A stretch of DNA of 32,000 nt, from assembly GCA_963704755.1 (NCBI GenBank), contig OY969938.1:1650001-1682000 (forward strand), given 5' to 3'. This DNA is from an uncultured Chloroflexia bacterium (lineage in GTDB: Bacteria; Chloroflexota; Anaerolineae; Anaerolineales; Anaerolineaceae). A model generated the notes under the pieces. It did not search any database and was not told the origin of the DNA. It saw only the letters and a list, made by a program, of their open reading frames with translations. Positions 7,873 through 16,142 of the stretch are shown piece after piece; the stretch's first letter is position 1; each line of letters opens with the position of its first letter. Both the position numbers and the translations under genes were made by a program.

Positions 7873-9042
7873 TTGAAAAAATCCATCCTGAACGGTTTAC
7901 AGCGTAAATACAATACTGTTCGTGAGCGTACTTTGAGGGAATTGGACAAAAATTTTAACCGCTTCACTCACGAATTACTGTGGCGGCTTTACGCCAATCC
8001 CCAGAGCTGGCGCTACCGCACCTTTTTAAGCCCCGCTCACCAGCTCCAGCTCCTGGGCAAACTGCTCTTCAAACCCCATTCAGCCGAGATCATCCTCACC
8101 GAGGGGATCCAAGCCGAGACCGGCCAGCCTTTGCGGGTGATCTACATCGGAACGAGCATTTCCTACAGCCAGTTTGTGTATTTATTGTTCGCCGATCAGC
8201 AAGTCACCCGGACCAACCTGGGAAGCTGCCACATTCTGCGCCAGCATCAAACCGCCGCCCGGCTGGCGAAAGATGCCGACCTGGTCATACTGGAGCGCAA
8301 CAGCCTGCTGAAGTGGGCGCCTTCCTCCGGCGTCTGGGCCAGTACCCCTGTCGATATCCAGATGATCATCGATTTCGATGCGGAAATGACCTGGGAGAAA
8401 TACGAAAAGTCGGTCAAACGTTCCATGGGCAACAACATCCGTAAGGTCCGCAAGGCGGGTCTCCAGCTTAAATTGGCCAACCTGGAAGAGAACCTGGACA
8501 ATTTTTACGACAACATGCACGTGCCCTATATCGAACAGCGCCATAAAGGCCACATCATGGCCACTTCGTTGAGTTCCCTCCAGAATATCCAGGGTCAATC
8601 CGAGCTAAAAATGATCTACCTGCCGGATGGGAAAGCCATCGCCGGGTATTTTTGTTACCGTCGTGGGAAAGTCAGCCTGTGGATCGTCAACGGTATTTTA
8701 GACGGCGACGAAACCTGGCTGGAGCAAGGGGCTCTTTCGGCGCTGTATTACCTCGGCCTGCGCCAGGATTTCGAACGGGGCATCTACCGCATCGACTGCG
8801 GTGGGGTGGCCCCATTCGAAAACGATCCGATTTTCATCCACAAAAAGCGCTGGGGCTTCCACCCGGCCCAAAACCCCTGGGGTTATACGGATTGGTTCTT
8901 TTGGGCGCCGGACGAAAATTCGCCGGCGGCCGGCTGGATCCAGAGCCACCCGCCCATCGCTGAGTTTGCCCGGTTTTCACCCAATTTTCAGCGAGTGAAA
9001 GAAAAAGTAGAGGACCAGAAAATTCCTCAGGCGGCTGCCTGA
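7873..9042 (+). CDS. FemABX / Acetyltransf_6-like family protein, paralogue 2 of 3
   Basis: 389 aa with a TTG start (no in-frame ATG nearby). Shared blocks are NNIRKVRKAGLQL, NFYDNMHVPYIEQRHKG, PDGKAIAG, LDGDETWLEQG, YRIDCGG and IFIHKKRWGFHP. Confidence 0.55.
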   Translation: MKKSILNGLQRKYNTVRERTLRELDKNFNRFTHELLWRLYANPQSWRYRTFLSPAHQLQLLGKLLFKPHSAEIILTEGIQAETGQPLRVIYIGTSISYSQFVYLLFADQQVTRTNLGSCHILRQHQTAARLAKDADLVILERNSLLKWAPSSGVWASTPVDIQMIIDFDAEMTWEKYEKSVKRSMGNNIRKVRKAGLQLKLANLEENLDNFYDNMHVPYIEQRHKGHIMATSLSSLQNIQGQSELKMIYLPDGKAIAGYFCYRRGKVSLWIVNGILDGDETWLEQGALSALYYLGLRQDFERGIYRIDCGGVAPFENDPIFIHKKRWGFHPAQNPWGYTDWFFWAPDENSPAAGWIQSHPPIAEFARFSPNFQRVKEKVEDQKIPQAAA

Positions 9043-9136
9043 TCGCCGTATCCAATTTTATCGTTATTGACGTTCGTATCCCCCGAAAATGCCCCCTTAA
9101 CCGGAATGAAATCGCCTGTATCGGCAGGAGCGTTTT

Positions 9137-10297
9137 TTGAAGGAAATTCCAAGTAATCTCAGGTGCATAATGGAAATAACGGGTTATATCGGTAAAGTTT
9201 ATGAGCACATTGTCTCTACGAAAAAAAGAATATTTACCCGCTTCGACCACTGGTTCACCGGGTTTTTCATCAAATGGATTACTTCCCTTTCAGGGCACCC
9301 GGGCGCCTGGCAAGAACGGATCCTGCTTCCCAAGTTTCATTTTTTGTATACCACTGAAAAAGATTTCATAAAAATGTATGAATTCCGGGTTTTCCGGCTG
9401 ATAAGCCAGGAGAACCAACCGGATATCCCTCATGAAGTGGTATATATCAGCGCCAAAGCCGACTATGCCAACCTGGGAAGACAGTTCTTCAATAATGCAC
9501 CCTACCGGGCGCAAGAGATCGAAAGAATCCCTCGAAAAAACTTGAATGCCGAAATAGAAAAACTAGCCGAAAACGCTGACTTCCTGGCTGCAACCCGCAG
9601 CGAACACAGCCATTGGGTGCCATCCTACGGCAAGTGGCTGACCTTCCCCTCGGTTTTATACCTCATTCGAGATTTCCAACCGGGGGAAACCTGGGAACAG
9701 ATCGAACGAGATCTAAAGAAGAAGAATTCGAGCAATATCCGTAAAGTCATTAAAGCCGGTTTCCGATTAGAAACCAGCCATTCCAAAGATGATCTCGAAT
9801 TCTTTTTATACCGTATGCACAAACCCTACATGGCCTCACGCCATGGTGAACGGGCCGAAATCGCCTCGCTGGAGAATTTGAACGAAGTTTTTGAAAGCTC
9901 CGAACTGCGCTTTATTATCACCCCGGAGGGCGAGCGGGTAGCCGGGGGCCTGATTTAACGGTCTGCCGATTTGGTACTCTGGCTATTTATTGGCCTGCTG
10001 GATGGCGACAATACCTGGCTGGAAAAAGGAGCCGTTACGGCAATGTATTACCTGGGGATCAAAGATGATTTTGACCGAGGTATCCGCCGGATCAATGCCG
10101 GTTCAGCCGATGTATTCATAGACGACCCGTTATTTTTCCACAAGAAGCGCTACGGGTTTTACCCGACCACCGCGGCCTGGGTTTATACCGAAACCTTACT
10201 TTGGTCACCGCGACCTTACCCGGCTGTGGAACGTTTTTTCGATACCGGCAACTATTTCACCGAATTTATCCGGGCTTCCTCTGAAGGAGTACGATGA
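9137..10297 (+). pseudogene. FemABX / Acetyltransf_6-like paralogue 3 of 3, interrupted by a single in-frame TAA (9956-9958)
   Basis: ORFs 9137-9958 and 9971-10297 are in the same frame. Read through, AGGLI*RSADLVLWLFIGLLDGDNTWLEKG aligns without gaps to paralogue 2 AGYFCYRRGKVSLWIVNGILDGDETWLEQG. The stop sits where paralogue 2 has Tyr. The downstream fragment has only a TTG start and no SD. A possible true start is TTG 9137 or ATG 9170. Confidence 0.6.
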
Positions 10298-10314
10298 CCG
10301 CCAGAAAGCGGCGG

Positions 10315-10343
10315 TTGACAAACGAAAATTTGCCGGATGTATT
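10315..10343 (+). promoter_or_regulatory. Weak sigma70-like promoter candidate (TTGACA-17 nt-TGTATT) in the 240-nt gap before the AsnB-like gene
   Basis: There is an exact TTGACA at 10315-10320, a 17-nt spacer, then TGTATT (4/6 match to TATAAT). The host sigma-factor consensus is unknown, so this is only a pattern match. Confidence 0.15.
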
Positions 10344-10538
10344 TGCCATGACAATGCTGCAAAACCCCGTTTGCGTGTAAAACCCACCATTCAACCTTTG
10401 CACTATTCGTCTTCTCGCTGAAACAAAAATTTTTCCAGGGCATCATCTCATCCACATGAAATGCCAGGATGGACGGATGAAGTACCGGTTTATTGATTTG
10501 TGTTTTAGCCATTGAAACAAGAAAGAGAGGGAAACTCA

Positions 10539-12464
10539 ATGCCAGGGATCTGCGGGATCATCTCAAAAACAGACCGACAAGAAATAATAGATGAAACCAT
10601 TCGGCAAATGGCCCACCCCATGTTGCGTACTCCAACGTCGCAAGGTGACAAAATTTCGGATAACGGCTACGCCATAGCCAGTGTCGCTATCGACGATAGC
10701 CGGCCCGTCTGGAGTGAACAAGATATTACCCTGGCGATCGCAGGCGACTTTACCGACCGGGATGCACTGGTCAACCGCTTACGCGCCGCCGGCAGCCCGG
10801 TTACGGCAAAGGCCCCGCTGAGCGAAATCCTCTTGAAGGCTTATCGTTGTTTTGGCCTGGATGCCCTGTGTGGCTTGAATGGGGTTTACACCATCGCGAT
10901 CTGGGAAAATGTAAGTGAACAGCTCACCCTGGTTACGGATCGCATCGGCATCGGGAAAATGTACTTTTGGCAAAACGGGCGCAAGTTCTATTTTGCCAGC
11001 GAACAAAAATCGATCTGCCTGCTGCCGGAATTTAGCTCCCGCATCAATCAACTGGCCGTGATGGATTTCCTCATTGCCGAGAATGCCCTGGATGACCGCA
11101 CCTACTTCGAAGATATCAAAATCATGGACGCGGCCCAGGTCGTCGTTTTCCGAGATGGGCAGCTTTCCAAGCGGCGTTATTGGGATTTTTCCTTCTACCA
11201 ATCGGGCGATACGGTCCTGCAGCCCGAGGCGTACATCAATGGCCTGGCCTACCTGGTGAGACAGGCCGTCCTCCGGCGGGTCCATTCCAATGCAACCCTG
11301 CTTTTGACCGGCGGTTTGGACTCGCGCAGTGTCGCCGGCGCCTGGAAGGATGTGGCCCCCGATATTCCCATCCTGACCAATACGATCGGCCAACCTGGCT
11401 GCCGGGATGTGTGGCGTGCGCGTGAAATTTCAAAGAACATTGGCCTGAACCACACCACCATCCCTGCCAACAATTCTTACCTGGCCAATTACGCCGCCGA
11501 ATGCGTCTGGCGTACCGAAGGTAACATCAATGTCCACGCATCCTGGATCTTTGCCGAAGATAATTACCTGACGAAAAACAAAATAAAATACGCCATGACG
11601 GGCATCTATGGCGATATGATCGGTGGTCGCTTCCGCCCGCCGGAATTGCTTTCGGCCCGGACGAACGAAGACCTGGAAAAATTCCTGGTCACGCATCCCT
11701 GGATCAACAACTCCTTCGCTCAGCAAATTTTACGCCCAGAAATTTTCCAGCGCTACCAGGGACAAACCTACCAGACCCTGTGGGACTTAACCCAAGAAGC
11801 CAATTCCAAGATCCCCTGGTTCCAATTCGATTACATGGTCTTTCGCGCGTTGGTCCGCCGTGAGGCCACCAGCGTGGACGTCCTCTCGGACAATACCTGG
11901 GTGCTGGACCCGTTCATCGATAAAGACCTGATCGATTACGTTTTCCACCAGCCGCCGGGATACCGCAACGGCCCGGCTCTGTACAAGAAAATGATTACCC
12001 AATATTTCCCCGATGTCGCCTCGGTGGGCTATGGAAACGACGATACTTCGCTGCGCTTTCAGGTGGCCTACCAGAACAACGAACCCCTCAAGTGGCTGGC
12101 GCGCACCGGCCGGCGCATCCGCAACCGGCTTACGCCGGATACCACCTCCCTGCTCAGCGGCGATCGCCCCTATTGGAATGTGCCGTTGAATGGCAGTATC
12201 CGCAACGGCTCGCGCGCTTTCGTCGAGGAGGTATTTGCACAAAGTGAGTATTACGACGACGTCTTTGATGTGAAACAAGTCAGGCAATTGCTCGACGATC
12301 AAATGACCGGCAAAATCAACGATTACCGCGCCATTGGCTACATCCTGACCTTTTCCTTATGGCGGAAAATGTTCTGCGACAGGCAGTACAGCCCGGAAGG
12401 TTATTCCGCTATCCCTGCGGCCGAATTGCAAATGTCGCGGGTTCACGACCCGATCAAACAATAA
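10539..12464 (+). CDS. Asparagine synthetase B-like glutamine amidotransferase/adenylating enzyme (WbpS-like glycan amidotransferase candidate)
   Basis: 641 aa from ATG 10539, with GAGAGGG upstream. It has an N-terminal Ntn-type ICGI motif and a PP-loop in LLLTGGLDSRSVAG. Length and domain order match AsnB-family proteins common in polysaccharide loci. Confidence 0.87.
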   Translation: MPGICGIISKTDRQEIIDETIRQMAHPMLRTPTSQGDKISDNGYAIASVAIDDSRPVWSEQDITLAIAGDFTDRDALVNRLRAAGSPVTAKAPLSEILLKAYRCFGLDALCGLNGVYTIAIWENVSEQLTLVTDRIGIGKMYFWQNGRKFYFASEQKSICLLPEFSSRINQLAVMDFLIAENALDDRTYFEDIKIMDAAQVVVFRDGQLSKRRYWDFSFYQSGDTVLQPEAYINGLAYLVRQAVLRRVHSNATLLLTGGLDSRSVAGAWKDVAPDIPILTNTIGQPGCRDVWRAREISKNIGLNHTTIPANNSYLANYAAECVWRTEGNINVHASWIFAEDNYLTKNKIKYAMTGIYGDMIGGRFRPPELLSARTNEDLEKFLVTHPWINNSFAQQILRPEIFQRYQGQTYQTLWDLTQEANSKIPWFQFDYMVFRALVRREATSVDVLSDNTWVLDPFIDKDLIDYVFHQPPGYRNGPALYKKMITQYFPDVASVGYGNDDTSLRFQVAYQNNEPLKWLARTGRRIRNRLTPDTTSLLSGDRPYWNVPLNGSIRNGSRAFVEEVFAQSEYYDDVFDVKQVRQLLDDQMTGKINDYRAIGYILTFSLWRKMFCDRQYSPEGYSAIPAAELQMSRVHDPIKQ

Positions 12465-12575
12465 ATCATCGACAAAGCCGGGTAACTAGAGCTTGGGCAA
12501 GAAGCTCCCGAAATACCGGGCAATTTCAAAGAAAAGCTGAAATCAAGACCACCAAGTAAAGGAACTATCTGGACC

Positions 12576-13838
12576 ATGGATGAGCAAACTCTAGAATTAA
12601 CCCAGGCCGCCCCCTACCGCATCGAGCCAGTCTGCCGATCTTGCGGATCTGGTCATCTAGTCAAGATTATGTCCTTTGGACAGACCCCCCTGGCCGACCG
12701 TCTGGTGACGCCGGAGCAACTGGATTCACCAGACCTTGTCGCTCCTCTGGATTTGTTTTTCTGCCCCGACTGCTCGCTGGTTCAAATCTCGGCCACCGTT
12801 GAACCAGACGTGCTCTTTGGACAGAATTATCCCTATTTTTCTTCAGTTTCCGCCACCTTGATGCAGCATTCGCGTGAAAACGCGCTCGAACTGATCGAAA
12901 AACGGAACCTGGGACCCAACAGCCTGGTGATCGAACCGGCCAGTAACGACGGCTACATGCTGCGCAATTTCGTCGAAGCCGGTATTCCCGTCCTCGGCAT
13001 CGACCCGGCCAGCGGCCCGGCCAGCGTGGCCCAGGCCTCCGGTGTTCCTACCCTGAACACATTCTTCGGGTTGAAACTTGCCAAAGAACTGGCCCGCCAG
13101 AATACATTCGCCGATGTGATCATTGCCAACAACGTTTTGGCCCATGTCGCCGACCTGAACGGCTTCGTCGAGGGGGTCAAGACCGTCCTCAAGCCAGACG
13201 GGGTTGCCGTCATGGAAATGCCTTACGTGGCCGACCTGATCGGCAAGACCGAGTTCGACACGATTTATCACCAACATCTGTGCTACTTCTCGATCACCGC
13301 CCTCGATCGCTTATTCCGCTCGCACGGCCTGTTCCTCAATGACGTACGCCGTCTCTCAATTCACGGGGGTTCGTTACGGCTATATGTCGAAAAAACCGAT
13401 AACCAGTCCGCGTTTGTGCGGGGCTTGCTGCGGGACGAGAGCCAGGGAGCGGCCTGCCTGGAGTATTACCAGGCATTCGCTGCCCGTGTCGCAAAGATCC
13501 GCGCGGACCTGAATGCCTTACTGAGCGACCTCAAAGGACAAGGCGCCCGGATCGCAGCGTATGGTGCTGCTGCCAAAGCCTGCACTCTTCTGGCCTACTG
13601 CCAGGTGGATGCGCGCTCCATCGATTATGTCGCGGACCTGAATACACATAAACATGGCCTGTTCATGGGCGGGAATCATCTCCCGATTGTTCCTGCAAAT
13701 AAGCTGGCTGCCGACCAACCCGACTATGTTTTACTCCTGGCATGGAATTTTGCAGATGAAATCCTGAAACAACAAAAGGATTATCGCGACCAGGGAGGAA
13801 AATTCATCGTACCCATCCCGCAAGTACGGGTAATCTGA
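12576..13838 (+). CDS. SAM-dependent NDP-sugar C-methyltransferase family protein (TylC3-like; Zn-ribbon + class I MT + C-terminal MT-associated domain)
   Basis: The N-terminal four-Cys pattern is CRSCGSGHL...[11 protein letters not shown]. The SAM motif is of the E-P-A-S-N-D-G type ([12 protein letters not shown]), followed by ANNVLAHV and then YHQHLCYFS. The C-terminal Rossmann-like block is [14 protein letters not shown]...[11 protein letters not shown]. Confidence 0.85.
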   Translation: MDEQTLELTQAAPYRIEPVCRSCGSGHLVKIMSFGQTPLADRLVTPEQLDSPDLVAPLDLFFCPDCSLVQISATVEPDVLFGQNYPYFSSVSATLMQHSRENALELIEKRNLGPNSLVIEPASNDGYMLRNFVEAGIPVLGIDPASGPASVAQASGVPTLNTFFGLKLAKELARQNTFADVIIANNVLAHVADLNGFVEGVKTVLKPDGVAVMEMPYVADLIGKTEFDTIYHQHLCYFSITALDRLFRSHGLFLNDVRRLSIHGGSLRLYVEKTDNQSAFVRGLLRDESQGAACLEYYQAFAARVAKIRADLNALLSDLKGQGARIAAYGAAAKACTLLAYCQVDARSIDYVADLNTHKHGLFMGGNHLPIVPANKLAADQPDYVLLLAWNFADEILKQQKDYRDQGGKFIVPIPQVRVI

Positions 13839-13839
13839 T

Positions 13840-14958
13840 TTGCAAAAAACAATTTACAAAACTTATCGCTATATCCGCTCAAAGGCTGGCTACGTGAAAC
13901 GACAATTAATCAAACCCAATGACAATGCTGAATGGACTGAAGGCCTTCCCCCAGGTTTTTCACCCCAATTTTTGGAACGGGGTAATCATAAAATAAATGA
14001 AAAACAACTTAAGCGCGCAAAATTCAAGCACCTCTCCGGATGGAAAGAGGCAGGTGCCTATCGCATAGAAATCCCCCTGAGCCGTGGAAATAAATGGCGT
14101 CTGGTTTTCAAAGACGCGAATTACCACACGGACCAGCTTCCGGCGCTTAAGGGATTGCCTTATATTCCCGGGCCACCCGAATATGCATTGTTCCATCACC
14201 CACCCCAAGCGCTTTCCGCATTTCTTCCCCAATGCCTCTGGGCAGAAGAGACCGAGCCCGGCAAACGCTACCGTTACCTTTTCGAAGACCTGACCGGTGA
14301 ATTCGGCCGGATCCGGGGTGACGAGGGTTTGCTCAAAGCCGTCCACATGCTCCTGCCGCTGCAAAACGCCTTGCAGGACTGGCAGCCAGGATCCGACGAT
14401 AACCTGCTGCACTACAGCGGGGCTTCGGTCCGGGCTCTTGAAGAGTATGTATTCCATTCGATCAGCCGCTATTGCGAACAATATCCGGGTGATACCGTAA
14501 CCGACTTTCTCCATCGCTGGCCTGAGATTCTCAAGGTCCACGAGCTGTTCGAGCGAATTCCGGCCTTTGATAGCACTGTCGTCCACGGCGATCTGAATAC
14601 CACCAACATCTACGTTCACAAGGAAGACCCCAGCATATTTCGCCTGGTGGACTGGGAATGGGCCGGTTGGGGGAACCCCCATCTGGACCTGGCCTGTTTA
14701 CTCAAACGGGTCAGCCCTGAATTCGAAGAAAAGGCCTTACAGGTTTATGCCCAAGACCGCCCGGCGACAACCTTGTTCGAACATCAATTCGCCTACCACT
14801 GGCATCAATTGGACCGCGGTCTTCTGGACGCCAGCTATGTTGCCGCTCAAATTCTGGACAATCCATATCGGCCAGATTGGGACATCGTCGGCTTCATGGA
14901 AGATTCGCTTAGCGAAGTTATCCGCCGCACACAAATTCTCCTTTCCCTCTCAGGTTGA
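13840..14958 (+). CDS. Aminoglycoside-phosphotransferase/choline-kinase-fold kinase (APH family)
   Basis: 372 aa with a TTG start 1 nt after the preceding stop. The Brenner motif HGDLNTTN is at about nt 14584, followed by the metal-binding LVDWEWAGWGNPHLDLA. Confidence 0.75.
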   Translation: MQKTIYKTYRYIRSKAGYVKRQLIKPNDNAEWTEGLPPGFSPQFLERGNHKINEKQLKRAKFKHLSGWKEAGAYRIEIPLSRGNKWRLVFKDANYHTDQLPALKGLPYIPGPPEYALFHHPPQALSAFLPQCLWAEETEPGKRYRYLFEDLTGEFGRIRGDEGLLKAVHMLLPLQNALQDWQPGSDDNLLHYSGASVRALEEYVFHSISRYCEQYPGDTVTDFLHRWPEILKVHELFERIPAFDSTVVHGDLNTTNIYVHKEDPSIFRLVDWEWAGWGNPHLDLACLLKRVSPEFEEKALQVYAQDRPATTLFEHQFAYHWHQLDRGLLDASYVAAQILDNPYRPDWDIVGFMEDSLSEVIRRTQILLSLSG

Positions 14959-14964
14959 TTTATA

Positions 14965-16014
14965 TTGTTAGACACCAACGACTTCATCATTTGGAATCTC
15001 ACCCACCAGCAGACCGTTACAATCGGCTCACAGTCTCTTTTCAACATTCTTGGCCGGCTCAAAAATCCACTAATCGTCCTGGAGTTTTATTTCCGGGTCA
15101 ACCAGGGCGAAGAAAAGACCATACTGTTCAACATTAGCGACCGAAATTATGGCCGGCTGGAGCGGACAGGCGACTTTAACATCAATTCGATCGACATAAG
15201 TGAACTCAAAGAGACCAACCAGCTATACCTGCGGGTGGAGTATGAAGACCATTGCGAAGAAACATCCATCATTTTTCATACTCGCCGGGTCGAGATCGAA
15301 CAGCCTCGGTTTACGCTCAATTTGGACGGCATTGGTGAACCGCAGGAAGTTGGCCAGGTGGTGGACGGTTACTGGCAGGTCGATCACAGCTCGAGCGCAA
15401 CGCCCAATATCTATGTCCCCCCGGCCGAAGCCGGGTATGACCGGATTTTCCTCTTCGGCAGCCAGCAGTGGACCAGCGGCTACCAAATCACGGCCCGTCT
15501 GGAAGCAACCGCCTGGGCCCACCGGGTTCACCTGTTGGGGCTGCTGTTCAAATGGCAAGCTCACGACAAAGGCGACGGCAGCTATCTCCCGCTAAACTGG
15601 AATACCGGCCTGGGCATCTTTGATTCCCGCAGCGAGACGTTACGAATTCGCTACGGCGTGAACGTGCGCAAGGAAAATGGCCACAAAGTTGGCGATACCC
15701 TGGTCGGTGAAGCTCCCCTGGATCCCACCAGCGCTTCGTCTTTTTCCAAATCGCGTTTTAACATACTGCGCCGTGAACCCAGGCGGGATTACCTGGAACT
15801 AAAAAGACCATACTGGTTCCACCTGATCGTTCACCCCCAAATCCATTCTCTGGCCGTCTGGGCGGATGATTGCCAGCGCCCGGCTAAACCGCAGGTTGTG
15901 ATCAAGAATCCCACCGAATTGTTATCTTTTGGCTCTGTTGGGGTTATTGCCTATAACTGTGGAATACGGATTTATAACTTCGAAGTCAGCCCATACAACC
16001 CACTTTTGCCGTAG
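14965..16014 (+). CDS. Hypothetical cytoplasmic protein; C-terminal concanavalin-A-like (LamG/DUF1080-like) beta-sandwich suspected
   Basis: 349 aa with a TTG start and no signal peptide or TM segment. The C-terminal 220 aa show a DUF1080-like progression (DGYWQVD ... YQITARLEA ... LLGLLFKW ... WFHLIVHP...LAVWADD ... GSVGVIAYNCGIRIYNFEV). The fold call is by eye only. Confidence 0.4.
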   Translation: MLDTNDFIIWNLTHQQTVTIGSQSLFNILGRLKNPLIVLEFYFRVNQGEEKTILFNISDRNYGRLERTGDFNINSIDISELKETNQLYLRVEYEDHCEETSIIFHTRRVEIEQPRFTLNLDGIGEPQEVGQVVDGYWQVDHSSSATPNIYVPPAEAGYDRIFLFGSQQWTSGYQITARLEATAWAHRVHLLGLLFKWQAHDKGDGSYLPLNWNTGLGIFDSRSETLRIRYGVNVRKENGHKVGDTLVGEAPLDPTSASSFSKSRFNILRREPRRDYLELKRPYWFHLIVHPQIHSLAVWADDCQRPAKPQVVIKNPTELLSFGSVGVIAYNCGIRIYNFEVSPYNPLLP

Positions 16015-16142
16015 ACACCGGAACAAACCTTTTCTACAGCGTTTTATCACTGATCCCAAATTTTTTGCAAGAAACTAGCCTGACCACACTTATTTTTTCA
16101 TCGATCCAGCCAGGCAGGATCCTAAACGAAGGGAAATAACCC

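Noticed and set aside
9971-10297. 108-aa ORF as an independent small gene
   Set aside because: It is in frame with 9137-9958 and aligns as the C-terminal quarter of the FemABX-like paralogues. It has only a TTG start and no SD. It is better explained as the distal part of a gene interrupted by one stop codon.
10294-10380. 28-aa ORF (MTARKRRLTNENLPDVFAMTMLQNPVCV) whose ATG overlaps the upstream TGA (ATGA)
   Set aside because: It is very short, has no SD and no recognisable peptide class, and overlaps the only promoter-like hexamers in the gap. It cannot be supported without ribosome profiling or conservation data.
12488-12520. Short hairpins (gagctt...aagctc; cccg...cggg) after the AsnB-like gene as possible terminators
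   Set aside because: The stems are only 4-6 bp with large loops and no U-tract. They are indistinguishable from chance.
16065-16093. TTGCAA-17 nt-ACTTAT promoter-like pattern upstream of the methyltransferase triplet
   Set aside because: The -10 hexamer matches TATAAT at only 3/6 positions, and the host promoter consensus is unknown. This is too weak to report as a feature.
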